A DNA stretch of 64,000 bases, taken from positions 12,668,307-12,732,306 of the forward strand of contig JAUZTB010000057.1 in NCBI GenBank assembly GCA_034780895.1, read 5' to 3'. Of this stretch, positions 1 through 15,015 are shown in pieces; within the stretch, counting starts at the first letter, position 1; each line of letters begins with the position of its first letter. The stretch is from Rhynchobatus australiae. Its lineage: Eukaryota. A program made the translations under genes and the position numbers. The notes beneath the pieces are model-generated. The model worked only from the letters and a program-made list of their open reading frames with translations. It was not told where the DNA came from and ran no database searches.

Positions 1-2270
1 CCTGATCAGGTTTCAAATCTCTTGGTGGGAGAGCAATTTGGAGACAGTGATCATAACTTCTTCACCTTTACCATAGCCTTGGAGAAGAATAGGAGCAGAC
101 AATATGGGAAAGTATTTAATTGAGGGAGAGGGAATTATAATGCTATTAGGCAGGAACTTGGGACCGTAGATTGGGAAGAGATGTTCTTGGGAAGAGCACA
201 ACGGAAATGTGGAGGTTGTTTAGGGAGTACTTGCATGGGGTTCTGGAAAAGTTTGTCCCATTGAGGCAGGGTAAGGAAGGTAAAGTGAAGGAACCATGGT
301 TGACATGAGATGTAGAATATCTTATCAAGAGGAAGAAAGAAGCTTACCTAAGGTTTAGAAAGCATGGATCAGACAGGGGTCTGGAGTTTCAAGGTAGCCA
401 GGTGGGAGCTCAAGAATGAACTTAGGGGAGCTAGAAGGGGGCATGAGAAGGCCTTGGCGAGTAGAATTAAGGAAAAACCCAAGGCATTCTACATGTATGT
501 GAAGAATAGGAGGATGCCTAGAGTGAGGGTACGACTGATCAGGGATAAAAGAGGAAACATATGCCTGGAGTCAGAAGGGGTAGGGAAGGTCCTTAATGAA
601 TACTTTGCTTCAGTATTCACCGGTGAGAGAGACCTTGACGTTTGTGAGAATGGTGTACAACAGGCTGATATGTTAGAGTATGTTGATGTGAGGAAAGGGG
701 ATGTGCTGGAACTTTTGAAAAACACAAGGATAGGTATGTCACTGGGACTGGACAGTATATATTCAAGGTTATTATGGGAAGCGAGGGAAGAGATTGCTGC
801 ACCTTTGGCAATGATCTTTGCACTCTCACTGGCCACAAGAATAGTGCCAGATGATTGGAGGGTGGCAAATGTTGTTCCTTTGTTTAAGACAGGGAGTAGG
901 GATAACCCTGGAAATTACAGACTAGTGAGTCTTACTTCAGTGGTGGGCAAATTACTGGAGAAGATTCTTAGAGACAGGATTCATGGGCATTTGGGGAAGG
1001 ATAGGCTGATTAGGGATAGTCAGCATGGCTTTGTGAGGGGCAGATTGTGCCTCACGAACCTGAATGAATTCTTTGAAGATGTGACAATGCACATTGATGA
1101 AGGTAGAGCAGTGGATGTGGTGTACATGGATTTTAGTAAAGCGTTTGATAAGGTTCCTCATGGAAGGCTCATTCAGAAAGCATGGGTTGGGAAACTTGGC
1201 TGTGTGGATTCAGAATTGGCTTGCCCATAGAAGATAGAGGGTGGTGGTAGAAGGAGCGTATTCTGCCTGGAGGTTGGTAACTAGTGGTGTTCCCACAGGG
1301 ATCTGTTCTGGGACCTCTGCACTTTGTGATTTTTATAAATTACTTGGATGAATATGTAGATGGGTGGGTAAGTAAGTTTACTGATGACACGAAGGTTGGT
1401 GGCGTTGTGGATAGTGTAGAAGGTTGTAGGTAGTAGGTTACAACAGGACATTGATAGGATGCAGAGCTGGGCTGACAAGTGGCAGATGGAGTTCAACCCA
1501 GAAAAGTGTGAAGTGATACACTTTGGAAGATCGAACTTGATGGCAGAATGCAAGGTTAATGGCAGGACTCTTAGCAGTGTGGTGGAACAAAGGGATCTTG
1601 GGGTCCACATCCATAGATTCCTCAAGGTTACCGCGCTGGTTGATAGGGTTGTTAAGAAGGCATACAGTGAATTGGCCTTCATTAGTCAGGGTACTGAGTT
1701 CGAAAGCCACGAGATAATGTTGCAGCTCTACAGAACTCTGGTTAGACCACACTGGGAGTATTGTGTTCAGTCCTGCTCACCTCATTATAGGAAGGATGTG
1801 GAAGCTTTAGAGAGGGTGCAGAGGAGATTTACCAGGATTTGCCTGGATTGGAGAGCATGTCTTATGAGAATAGGTTGAGCGAACTAGGGCTTTGCTCTTT
1901 GGAGAGGAGGAGGATGAGGGGATGAGGGGTGACTTGATAGAGGTGTACAAAATGATAAGAGGCAAAGATCGAGTGGACATTCAGAGACCTTTTCTCAGGG
2001 TAAAAATAGCTAACACGAAGGGGTATAATTTTAAGGTGGCTGGAGGAAGGTACAGAGAGTGGTGGGTGTGTGGAATGCACTTCCAGCAGAGGTAGTGGGG
2101 GCAGATACATTGGGGACATTTAAGGATCTCTTAAATAGCCACATGAATGATGGAAAAATGGAGGGCTATGTGGGAAGGAAGGGTTAGGTAGATGTTAGAG
2201 CAGGATAAAATATCAGCACAACATGATGGGCTGAAGGGTCTTTACTGTGCTGTAATGTTCTATGTTCTAT
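1..2270 (+). mobile_element. CR1-clade LINE, 3' part of ORF2 (reverse transcriptase) plus 3' UTR, inactivated
   Basis: Motifs PDDWRVANVVPLFK, PGNYRLVSLTSVVGK, SQHGF, YMDFSKAFDKVPH, FTDD (degenerate FADD), WQMEFNPEKC and LVRPHWEYC. Frameshifts and stops are present. It ends in the tail TGTTCTATGTTCTAT. Confidence 0.96.
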
Positions 2271-5200
2271 TCCGTGTTTGCACACTTCTCCTGCTCATTG
2301 TTACGTTGAAACTTGCACTTCTCCTTTCTTAGCATCTAGGCATTTCCTGTAAGACTCCAGAGTTTTATCTTCACTATCCTTCATGAAACATTTGCTTATG
2401 TCAGTCCAAAATGTGACTTCTCCTCGCTGTACCTCTATAACCTTGTTCTGTACACGTGCTTATGTAATAATCAGGGTCATTCTTTTTCAGCAAGGGCTTT
2501 TATATGTTCAACCAGATACTCGTTTTGATAGTTTAGGTGATAAGCGTGCTTGGTCCTGTTAACTTGCACTATTTTAAAAGAACTCTGAGGTTAAACTTTC
2601 AGGTGCGATTCCAGGGACTACAGGCATGCACGCATCTCTAGAGTTTTCATTATTATGATACTTTTTCATAAAGCTAAAGGATTGTGGAGAATTGAAAAGT
2701 TTTTTTGTACTCCAATAACTGTCTCAAAATACAGATTCTAGAAAAACAATTACCTATTCTTTTCAGGTACACAACATTCAACTGAATTGAATCACTCAAT
2801 TTAATATATTGTAAAATTGAATAAATAATCATGTTTACAAGGCTGGAGAGGAGTTGATATAGGGCATGAATGGTAGAATGAATAAAATACTTTTAAGACT
2901 CCTTCAGATGGTACCCTCTTAAATATTTCTCCTTCAACAGTTATTTCTAACCAGCATCCAAGAATAAGTAATTAAAAATATATACTTTTACTATCATTGT
3001 CTGAACAGATTTAAACTAAACTGCTGTTTGCTAAAAACAACTACCTATTCAAGGGGATATGCAGGTTAACTTCAAAGTGTAACTTCAATCATCAATTCAA
3101 GATTCCAAACAAAATTAACCTTCAGAGTACAAACTACCCTTTATCCCCCAATTACAATGCAAAATATATCACCCTAATGGAGAATGATAATAGTAGTTAT
3201 TTATATGGGGTAATTAAACCAGAAATGAAGTTACTTTTTTTTTATGTTTACGTTGAGCTTTATTTCAAGCTAGGCTACTCTGCTGTCCTGATCTATCACT
3301 GTAGTTATTTTATTCTCATTTCCAATTAAGTGCTTTGAGGATGAAAAGGGAAAGATCACACAACTTGCATTATTGACAGCCAGGGCTGAGCCAAAGACAA
3401 AGTGTGTCATTATCAGAGTAAATTAATGATTGGTGATTTGATTTCTTTTTCTGTTTCTAACAGCAGGAAGCCAATTGCCTTAACGATCTACACCAGTACC
3501 ACTGCGACCACCTTTCCTGTGGCACCTGCCCTCTGCTTGTCAGAGTACGGTAATAGTTTGGAAGCTGAACCAACATCACATTACTGTGACATGAAGCCAC
3601 TGTCAAGTTATGGCAACCACAATGTGGGAAGCAACAGGAGCATATTTAGAAGTAAAAGATAAAATAATTTAAGGATAAGGATAATTTGCAGCGTATTCAG
3701 TTTAAATTATTATTACAGTGCATTATTCTGTTAAAATTCTGGAGGAAAAGATTATTTATTGGCACTANNNNNNNNNNTTTCACATATAAAGAAAGAAAAT
3801 TGATAAATGAAAGAAATAACTTTCAGAAGCAGCAAGTAGCAGAAGCTTTCAAACATGTTCCAAATTCAGAGGAAAAAAATCCTGGTTTTACTTTATTGTC
3901 CAATCAGGCCACTTGTAAATTGTTGAGATCATATCCTCTGTTGTTTAATTTAGATTTTTTTTTGAAATCTATAATATCAAGTCAGTAAAAGATGCTTTCA
4001 GCACAATAATACTGCTCCTTAGGGTCTTAGTTAAATAGAAGTAATTCATGGATCTTAAGCTGTTACATTCTAAAATTGTTTCTCCATAAATTATTAAATA
4101 TAGTCCTATTAACTCAAAAATTATAGGATGAAATTTAAATTTGATACAACAAACTAAATTAGAAATAAAAATGATTTTAAACACACCAGAATCCATTAGC
4201 TTTACTATGCTTTCATCGTCAGTTCAATAACTTGGCTTGTTAGAGCCTGTATTTTTAAGCTGGTTTACTGTGATTAAATTACATGATTGAGGCAGGTCAT
4301 TTGGGTATCCCGAGTTAGTACCAAGTTTTCCTACTCTACCCTCCCTGCTTCCTCCCCAGTGAGAGATTAAGTATAGTTTTAACTTTCCCCCCAAAAAAGG
4401 AGGATTTGCGTTGGGTAGGATAATGAAATTTCACAAAACTCAAACCAAATCCAACCTGTCTTAAACCACCTATTTCTCATCGTAAATGAGGCAGGACAGG
4501 TGAAATCAGAACAACTCCTTCCCAAAGGATGGTCATTAAACTATCTTAATGAGTGCCTAATCACCTCCAATTTTTTCCCTTTTCCAGTATGAACAATCCT
4601 GTGTTTCCCAGGCAAACCAGGCAGCAAAAGTGAAGCAAGAATTGTTGCTTGGAACAGTAAGTTCTTCCCTTTCCCATCATCCTAATCCAACTTCTTCCCT
4701 GTGAACAGAACACTACTGCCTCCTGCAGTCATCACCCTGGTGCAGGTCATTGGTCCTGCCACAATCACTCCTTACCTTCTCAGATTGCACTTTATTCAAC
4801 AAACCTGTTGTGTTCTCTTCATCAAGGAGTTGGAAATCTATCTGCTCCTGAGTTACAAGTACTTTTGAAATATTTGCTGCCTGGCCTGGGAATCTGGTTG
4901 ACTTCAAGATGGGAAGCTTATTAAAAAAGACATATATCTATGGACTATGTTCCAAGACACTCACAGAAATGTACATTTCCAAGTTTCCCAACCAGAACTC
5001 CTGTCACCCTATTTGGAAATCCCACCATAGTAAATAACAGGGCTACTGTTTCAGGGACAGAAATATAAATAAATGTGAAGAGATATAAATATAGTGGCCT
5101 GGTTACGAAAATGCTGTTAAATCCTTTAAAAAGATATGGTCTGGATTAGCCTAAAGGTTTTTGGCAAAAGTTAATTGTATTTTTATTCATGCCTGNNNNN

Positions 5201-8200
5201 NNNNNNNNNNNNNNNNNNNNNNNNNNNNNNNNNNNNNNNNNNNNNNNNNNNNNNNNNNNNNNNNNNNNNNNNNNNNNNNNNNNNNNNNNNNNNNNAAGTT
5301 AATTGTATTTTTAGTCATGCCTGCACTGGGCTAATTTTAGATGAACAATTCTTAAAAGCACTGATAAAACATAATTCTGACATCTTCTCAAGTACGACAC
5401 AAACTTGGCAGAAGAATTATTGGTCTGGTAATGTTGGAGGAAATAAATCTACCAATTGATACATCTCAGAATCATTTATGTAGATCAATCGCAGAAGTTT
5501 TAAGCATGGAATAGTGAGCTGATGAGCACTATTTAAAGGTATAAGAGATGGAGACAGAGTACCTTATGATGTGATGTTAAAATACAAATTGATTAAAACA
5601 TTGTTAGCATCAGCTGTTAGCATGACTTAACAATATTTTTTATCCCCCACTTAGTATCTGATATTCTTGAAAATCCCATGAAATCCATTTATGCCATGTA
5701 CTTTTGCTGAATACGGTCATATACAAGGAAACATTTGGGGGAAAAAAATGGCACAAATTGGAAAGAATGCCCAAGGTTATACAAGCACATACAGTAGCTT
5801 AACAACACAGAACTGATAAGCACCTATTCCTCGCTGAAAAAATATTATGCAATATATATTTTCAAAGGCTGTGAGTTATTACTGAGCTAATACCACCCTA
5901 ATAGTTAAGGCCATGATTCAAGCCTACCCTATTAAGTCTCAATAATCAGCAAAACTGAATGTTCAATCATCCTCCAATGCCCTGGGGCATGTTGGATTAG
6001 CCTCACACAGACACCAGACTGCAGAGGAATGATGTGGTTTGAAATTTTCCATTACTAAGAATGTCATGTTAGAGGTAGTTTAAAATCAGAAAGACTCTTC
6101 CATAAAGAAGAACCAACAACCACATTTGGAATTCATCTTGGGCAAGCCTCAGAGGAATTGATAATATCCACTTCATCCTGCAATTTGTAACACAGAGTAA
6201 GCATGCTGCAATATTTCTTGCATAATATGGTCATAGAATTACTCAATTTTAATGTCTAATTCATCTAATTATTAACCAATCATGAAATATTCAAAGTCAA
6301 AGCAACTTGTCAGTTTGAAAAGAACATAAGATAAATATTATCAAAGCCCCAAAATAGACATATTCTATTTTTCTTCAATGATGACATGTTTTGGCATTCT
6401 GCCCTTTCATGTATTTCAATTCATTTATTGTAGTGCAGGCTGAAGAATGGGTTGGAAGCCAATTTAACAAGTTGGTGGCTAAAGTGTTATTACTGTAAAG
6501 CCGCCCAGTAGTCACAATTAAGATGATGTATTGGAGGCATGTCATAAAGTAAATGCAAGTTACTTGCCAACAATTGTGTGCCAAATAACTTCCTCTGCTT
6601 TTTCTGTCAGAAAGCTAACAAAAAATGTAAGATATGATACAGCTGCAAGACCATTTTAACTTTCATACCCTCGCCATACAGAAATCATTGACGGGATGAA
6701 TTTTTATTCAGCAGAAGAAAAGACCCACCTACATTAATGAATAAACTACCTCAACTAAATACCTGGACTTATTAATTACTGTGGAGCAAGAACTAAGGCA
6801 AAGGAACTTGTAAAGGTAATTCAGTCTGTTCTAATGCATTTCTAATTATTTTACTAATCTTTATTACTTCTCTTTTATTGCTATGGATGATCCTTTGTGG
6901 TTGATTTTGGCCCTTTTCTACACTGTCTCCCATCAAATTGTCTGCACTGCAGGGGCCAATATGTTTCCCTGTTAGAAAACGTTTAACATGAAATAATACC
7001 CCTCAAAAAAATGGTAACAACATTTTTAAATACTGTTCCAGCATTATCTGACCTGCAAATCTGATCACAATAGTACAAGACTGTCAAATTCAATATTAAA
7101 ATGTATAGTTACAGTGAAAGAATATACGTATTATGTTGTTGTAGCTTCAGGAGCAATTCCTACTTCATCCCCGCCTCCCCCCCTTTCCTCCTGACCCTAC
7201 CTTCAAGAGGAATTTTGTTTTTAGTTGTATTCCTTAAATATGAAAGGTAGCTTTCCCTCTCTTAATCAGGTATATCTACAAAATAATTTGGTCAATTCAC
7301 AACTTTGATCAACTCTTCACATCCTCTGTCTGGTGTCTGTTAGTGACGAAATTATAGAATGCATAAATGTGTTTACATAGAAAAACTATGTTCACTTACA
7401 CTAAATGGCTTTTCTTTTCTCAAATTGAAAATGGTTCTGCAGGCAGTCTCGTTACTAGAGACAAATGATGTGACTGTGAAGAAGTTGTCTGGCTGCTGAG
7501 TAGTGGCTCACCGCCAAATGCAGGCAGGCATATAGCAGATGGGACTTGAAAATGGCCAAATCTCCATGNNNNNNNNNNNNNNNNNNNNNNNNNNNNNNNN
7601 NNNNNNNNNNNNNNNNNNNNNNNNNNNNNNNNNNNNNNNNNNNNNNNNNNNNNNNNNNNNNNNNNNNNNNNNNNNNNNNNNNNNNNNNNNNNNNNNNNNN
7701 NNNNNNNNNNNNNNNNNNNNNNNNNNNNNNNNNNNNNNNNNNNNCACATACAAAACACTAACCACCAACTTGAGTGCACAACATGTATCAAATACGCAAT
7801 AACCCTTATCTAGTCAAAATGTTGATGGTATATTTATTGCCATATGGAAAACAGTTATACCACATTTCACTTCATTAATTTTACAAATGCAACTTCTGTT
7901 ATTCAGTGTGTGAATTCTAATCAGCAGAATTCTATGTTTTCTAAATATAATCACATAATTTCTATATTGACAACACGGTTTCCAGTAATAAACTCTTCAT
8001 GAGAGCAAATCTACAAATGCAGTTGTTATCGGACATCAGGTGCATAAAATGATTTGTATTCCCCACCATCCCAGTCAATGATAAAAAGTGAATAAAGACC
8101 AAGGAATAAATGAACACCATGAAATTCAGCATGTATATTATATACTTAAGTTTTCTTTTAATCTTGAGGTCAAAAGATGGTATTTATTTTGTTTTTTTAC

Positions 8201-11200
8201 TCTCATACATGATGAGATTATTTAAAACCTACATAAAGAGATCATGACCTTCAATCATTCCAAGATGATTGGCGATTGATGACCTCTACTTGATGTAATG
8301 TTAATANNNNNNNNNNNNNNNNNNNNNNNNNNNNNNNNNNNNNNNNNNNNNNNNNNNNNNNNNNNNNNNNNNNNNNNNNNNNNNNNNNNNNNNNNNNNNN
8401 NNNNNNCTATTGATGACCTCTACTTGATGTAATGTTAATATAGAATTTTCCAGAAGTCACCTTCAGATGACTTCTCCACACAGGATTGATGGACTAAGCA
8501 ATAAGTTACTTGCCTGTACCCAACTGTATCTACACTATTAAACTCCAATAGATGAAATACACATTTGTGCAATTTCCTTCTCTGCAAATAAGTTGCAACT
8601 TGCCCGAATACTAAACTGTACTAGAGGTTACTCCCTTGGAACTGGTCAAAACATTTTTGCTCTTTCATTCACTACTCTGCTGTCAGAACTGTGGGGTAAT
8701 CTGATGTGGCCTTTTAAGATCTAGTTACCTTCCTCAATTTAGTTGCCCATTACAGAAGAAACAGTAGAAAGCAACAGGCTTCCATTCTCTATAAGATTTT
8801 TTTCAATTAACCTTTGTTTTGAAAGAAAGAATAATGCAACATTTGTACACATTGATAAATGTTTTTTTTTTCCATTGTAATGGAATCAAGAGAAACTTCT
8901 GAAACTTTTTTCCTGTATTAAACAATACTTTTTTTGCTGTTAAGTGGTTGGGTATGTCCCAAGTTCATGAAAGGAGCGATGTAAATGTGAGTGTCTCTTT
9001 CTTTCACAGAACAACCTTGGCTCAATCAACACTCTGCATGCACATATCAATAGAGAATAGGAAACAGCGACACAGGTGTTGTCCACAATGACAAATATTG
9101 CATCCAAGAAAAATTGTGACGGATGTAAACAATTTCGGGTCAGGAATCAAAGGATTATAAAAACAAATTTTTTTTTAGAAACTAATATAGAGAACAGAAA
9201 AAAAATTCAAAATAATATGGATTCATGTTACAATCACAATCTCATTTCTAGTTTCAGATCATGTTATACTGCTCTAATATTTTAGGTTATCACAACTACT
9301 TTACCAGTTAAGTTACTGTCTGAATAATTAAGCTCACCCATTATCCAGATATCCATTTCGGTCTATTTAATGTTACAACGGAATTCATAAATGTCAGTGT
9401 ACGATGGGAGAATTTCAAAGTACNNNNNNNNNNNNNNNNNNNNNNNNNNNNNNNNNNNNNNNNNNNNNNNNNNNNNNNNNNNNNNNNNNNNNNNNNNNNN
9501 NNNNNNNNNNNNNNNNNNNNNNNNNNNNNNNNNNNNNNNNNNNNNNNNNNNNNNNNNNNNNNNNNNNNNNNNNNNNNNNNNNNNNNNNNNNNNNNNNNNN
9601 NNNNNNNNNNNNNNNNNNNNNNNNNNNNNNNNNNNNNNNNNNNNNNNNNNNNNNNNNNNNNNNNNNNNNNNNNNNNNNNNNNNNNNNNNNNNNNNNNNNN
9701 NNNNNNNNNNNNNNNNNNNNNNNNNNNNNNNNNNNNNNNNNNNNNNNNNNNNNNNNNNNNNNNNNNNNNNNNNNNNNNNNNNNNNNNNNNNNNNNNNNNN
9801 NNNNNNNNNNNNNNNNNNNNNNNNNNNNNNNNNNNNNNNNNNNNNNNNNNNNNNNNNNNNNNNNNNNNNNNNNNNNNNNNNNNNNNNNNNNNNNNNNNNN
9901 NNNNNNNNNNNNNNNNNNNNNNNNNNNNNNNNNNNNNNNNNNNNNNNNNNNNNNNNNNNNNNNNNNNNNNNNNNNNNNNNNNNNNNNNNNNNNNNNNNNN
10001 NNNNNNNNNNNNNNNNNNNNNNNNNNNNNNNNNNNNNNNNNNNNNNNNNNNNNNNNNNNNNNNNNNNNNNNNNNNNNNNNNNNNNNNNNNNNNNNNNNNN
10101 NNNNNNNNNNNNNNNNNNNNNNNNNNNNNNNNNNNNNNNNNNNNNNNNNNNNNNNNNNNNNNNNNNNNNNNNNNNNNNNNNNTTATTTAGGCCACTGAAC
10201 AACTGCATTTGTGAGTGGTCAATAGCATGACTGTGGGGGGAGAAAGGTCAGAAGAGTAAAAATGCAGGCAGAAATGATGTAAAAATTAAAGAGGTATTCA
10301 CAATTACTAAAATGAAGATTTTATCAAATTGTTAAGGCAAAGCCTATACATCTCTGTAATTATTGTTACTAGTAGTATTCAATTTAATTGCACGTTACGG
10401 AGGCTGAAGGTTGGCACAGCTCAAGTGAATTTTTTTTAAATAATACCTGATTTTGCCAAACATTTTTGAAATCAGATGAAAAGCATTCAAATTGAACTCA
10501 AAGTAGTTCTACATCCCCTTCATTGAGAATATCCCAGTTATCACCACAAATAAAATTTATAACATAATGTCTAAAAGAATTTCAGGCATTCAATATTTTA
10601 AAATTTCCTTGGGATTGTGCACCCACTTTCATACCAGTGTTTGGATCCTTTATCAACATGGTATATCCTAATATTCTGAATCTCCATGCAAGTACCATGA
10701 GACTGTTTCACTAAACCTGTTCCTCTAATTTCACATAATACTTTAATTTAGTATAATTATTGATTCTTGTTGTAGTATAAACTATTTATTTTTAAATAAT
10801 TTATCTGATACCCATGAGTTCTGATTATCTGTATTCAGTGGACAGAAGAACTTTCCCAAAATCCTGGCAATGATTCTAGGAACAGAATCTACCTCCAAGG
10901 ATTAAATGTTCCAAACTGCTTTTGCACCACAGGGGGAAAAAGAGATTGACTATTTAATTCATTTTTTGAGAAAGCCTCCAAGATCCATCAAATCTCCACT
11001 CCTCATCTGAAAACCTCAGCCTGTATTCTTATAGCTGAAGTGGTAGCACCAACTGCTGACCTTGAAGAAGGCTGTCCACAAAAGGGTTTCCTTTTTTTTC
11101 CCCCTCTCATTATCTTGCTTACAGTTCTAAATATTCAAAATCTTCTGGATCTGTTGGAATGTTAAGGAGGAGCTAGCACTGATTCATCTCAGGCAAACTT

Positions 11201-13009
11201 TTACGCTAGTGATGTCCTTCATGGCTATTTGTTCGAAGATTATATCCATTTTGGTTGCAGTTTCAATAACAATCTCAGGAGGCCTCCAGCCCTCCCAACA
11301 ATTCATAATTTGATTATGGCCAATATGTTATCATGCACTATGCAAAACACTAAACATGTATATCCATATTAATGTAAAGATCAACAATCAACATATTGTG
11401 TGGAAGGGATACCTTGCATATAACAAATTGCAACACTGCAGTTTACTATGTGGGCTATTGGTCACTTCCATAACTTTGTCAACAAAATATTTTAAAATGT
11501 AAACATATATGAATAAGTTTAACCAATGAAGCCGCTGTGAGATATTGCACTCCCACAAAATCTGGTCCAATGTAGTTCACTTAGAAACCCAAAACAACAG
11601 TGCTAAAGCCAAATTGAAATGAAGTATGCTTGATGTTAACCATGTATGTCTAACATATCAGATGATACCCTGACTCCATTATTTGACCTGGCAGTGGTCA
11701 ATATGCTACAGAGTCCAGGAGACAGATATTTTACCACAAGGTCTCAGCTTGCTCTCTTACATCAGTATATAATTTACTTCCAAAACAGACTCTTGCTTAG
11801 AAATCCCATTGCACCTATTATGGTACAGAAGCAAAGTACCAACTATCTTTCTGGTCTTTTGCATCCTGAATCAAAGTTCAGATGCATTCCCAGGACCAAA
11901 GATTCAGTCACAAGAGACCAGACATTGTATCTCTTTCACTTGGCCCTCCTTTCCTGATGGGAGAGACTGTCAGCACTGGTGGTGCTGAGAGGGGAGTGGG
12001 TGTGGGGTTTGGAGAAGTGAAAAGGAATAATTGTTAGTGACAGCACTGGGAGGTATTGTGGGACTGAAGAGGAAGATTGGCTCACGTGAAAAGGATGTAG
12101 GAACTACCAGCAGGACAGTATAGATAAAAGGATTGCTAAAGAGTGGTCATTTTGTATGGGGTTTGGGCCCAAGGATTTAATTTACTTATGCTGCAGAACT
12201 CCCTGTCCAACACTGTGCTTTTAAGTCCAAGATACCCCAGTGGTGTTCAATGATGGACACCACCTGACCAACACTGTCCAAGTTCTTCTGCAATGCTCCA
12301 CAAGGAATGCTGCAGGAGCAATGATATCATCACTGGGGTGTAAGGACAGCTGATAACAAGGAGTTCTCAGTTGAATTTTCTGAGGAGTGCAAAACACCCT
12401 AGAAATAATTGTTGGGTTTCATTCAAGAGAAAATAAAGTTAATTTTCAATTGAAGAACAGTGACAGGCAATTGAATGGTCAGGCATCTCCCTTTTGCTTA
12501 GTACTAAAATTAGATTCACTTTTGTAACTGCAGCTGATGTGCATCATTAATATTTTTCCCGCAGTGTTTATGATCTATAGGATGTACTATGTCAACTCAT
12601 TAAGATTATTGCAACAGTATCCATCTCTGCCTTGACATTTCCCACCAAAATAGTTAATTCTATGCAATTACATCACTATAGCTGGGCTAGTAACTGGAAA
12701 TCCATATCTGACACCAGTTTGGGGACACCTTTACAATAAAGACTGTAGTAGTTCAAGGATCTAACCCATCACTATGTGTATAAACAACTAAGCATTGGCC
12801 ATAATTGACGTTTGGTTAGTATTATCCACGTTCAGTGATTTTGTTTTAAAAGGTACAAAAATATGCCATACATCTTCTTCAAAGCTTCAGCTTCGCTTAG
12901 TTGCTGGCATTTTGGCATTTTCGCATCCGGGGTTTCAGATACACAAATCACTGAAAATAAAGCAGTACCAGTGTTGATATTATAAGGAAGTATGAGACCC
13001 CAGAAAAGG

Positions 13010-13425
13010 ATTTAAAAAAAAGATTTATTAGAATCATAGTGGAAGTGAGGAACATATCGGGAAAGATTGAAGTATTCTCCAAACAAAAGAATAAAAAGTG
13101 ACCTAATAAAGGTCTATAAGGGAAGAAGTACAGATGTTGTTTTGATTTGATAAGCCAGACATTAACCAGGTTTTATTAAATATAGGATTATCTTTCACAA
13201 ATCTGATAGGGAGTTCAGAAGAAACACGTTCATCTTGGGGATGGTTCGAATTAGGACTTACTGCCACAAGGAGTCATTGATATGGTAAAGGGGAATCTAA
13301 ATAAATACACATAGGAGGAAAGAATAGGTTGAAGGAGTGAAGAGGGGTGTTAAGGGGCTTCTGTGGAATATTGGTATGGACTTACCAGACTGAATGATCT
13401 GTTTCTGCACTTTAAATACCATGTA
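13010..13425 (+). mobile_element. Old CR1 3' fragment
   Basis: Degenerate similarity to the ORF2 end and 3' UTR of the CR1 at 1-2270 (GTGACCTAATAAAGGTCTATAAG ... GACTGAATGATCTGTTTCTG). Confidence 0.6.
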
Positions 13426-14769
13426 ATACCACACTAAGCACGAGTAAAGATATGTCAAGATTAATTCATTGGTTACATTGTGCTTTGGATGACCTTGATT
13501 AAGTATAACTGGGCATGCAAACACATTATTTCTCTTTTAACGACAAGATAACAGTTGTATTAAACAAGAAAGCTAAGCAAAACTTATTTACTACCTCAAT
13601 TTAATCTGCTGATCATAAAGGAATGGGACTGTGGTGAAGTATCATGCACTAAATAACTATGAGTATTTGTTTTTGACAAGAGAAATATAACAAAGCAGGT
13701 TTTCAAAAATTTCCTGCTTCATACAAATCTTTGATTTCAGTTTATAGACATTATTTAATAGTTTTCCTGTACATCTAAACACATATTATTTAGAAATAAT
13801 ATATTTTAAAATATAAAATATTTTCATAATCGAGAAGTGGATTAAACATAAACATATTAAAATCATCAACATAACAAGTTGCACAGTTCCAGGTCTTGTC
13901 ATAGAATTGAAGATAAAGTTTCAAATTTCCATCCTCCTAATTATTTATCAAGTTATTTTGTGTCATAGCACAACCTTCAATTTTTTTTAAATGATAATTG
14001 TTTTGACTACTTTTTGTAATACTGGATGTACAAAGTATGTACAAAATACAAGGGGCATTCCTGCATCAAAGCAATTATATTCAGTCATGGCAAAAAAATT
14101 CTTCTGTTGCAGCAACCTTTTGGTCAATGCTGCATTCTTTTGCATTTGGCGCTCTGATGCTACAAGTACTGGCAATCTAATGGCACTACACTCAAGTAAC
14201 CATTACAGAATCACAGAATGGTCACATCATGAAAGAAGACTGTTCAGCCCATTGAATCTGTTTATTCTTAGTGCAAGGTTTACAAGAAAGTGTTGGCAGG
14301 CTGCTAAATTACAATGCATCACAATAGTCAACTCTGGAGAATTTTGTTTGGGGTTTTAACAATAAAAAACAAATCTTTACATCTTGCTACATAACATTTT
14401 AAAATAGCAGTGAAAATTGTGCAAAATAGTGATGCAACAAAAGATGTCACTGGTTTAACCAGAATTGAAAGTTGAGTCTCAGAGGAGCCCTGAAATCTTG
14501 CAAACTAATACACTTCTCTTCAGATGGTTTTAGCCATTCCAAATGTTCCCTGTGTTTAATAAGAAATTATTGAACTTAATAAATTTGAAGAAAACAGTCC
14601 AGTGGAAGAGGAGCACAGGCTTTGCTCATGCTCTGCTTATTTTACATTATGTAGCACCTTATTTACCACATTACAGTTAAATTCTTATAATCTGCTGCAT
14701 GACTATTCCGAAATCTCAGTGGTTTGGTATTTGGCTCACCAAGTAATGTTTGCCTCGCTCTTTTCCACT

Positions 14770-15015
14770 CACTGCCACCCCAGTTCCTGCAGTCCCTTTC
14801 CAGTCACGGGGGCCTAAGTTATTGCATTCCCTGGTGTCCCGCTTCCCAAGCTTCCTTTCCACTCATTGGAGCCTGGGTTCCCATGCTCACTTCCTGCTCA
14901 CAAGGGCCCCAATTCCTGCACTCCCTATCTACTCAATGGAACCCTGTAAGTTCCCAGGGCCCCATTTTCCAATACTTTCTTTAAACTCACTGGGATCCAG
15001 GTTCCATGCTCTCTT
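14770..15015. repeat. Degenerate C-rich minisatellite (unit about 35-40 nt, GGNCCCNATTCCTGCACTCCCTTTCCACTCA-like)
   Basis: Recurrent sub-motifs ttcctgca, ccctttcca and actca, each followed by gg.ccc. Confidence 0.5.

Noticed and set aside
364-1230. 288-aa ORF with RT motifs as a possible intact or domesticated gene
   Set aside because: It is a fragment of a decayed CR1 ORF2 with frameshifts on both sides, an internal deletion near 1180 and an altered catalytic-loop motif (FTDD).
5167-5323. Direct repeat of about 28 nt on both sides of a 100-N gap (same pattern at 8276-8440, 22278-22423, 32777-32953 and 49063-49177)
   Set aside because: These are overlapping contig ends around fixed-size scaffold gaps, an assembly artefact rather than biological repeats or target-site duplications.
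9363-10230. Long ORFs in the track (also 16704-17906, 33545-34318, 56819-57233, 58124-58740, 61639-62146)
   Set aside because: They are open only because N-runs translate as X.
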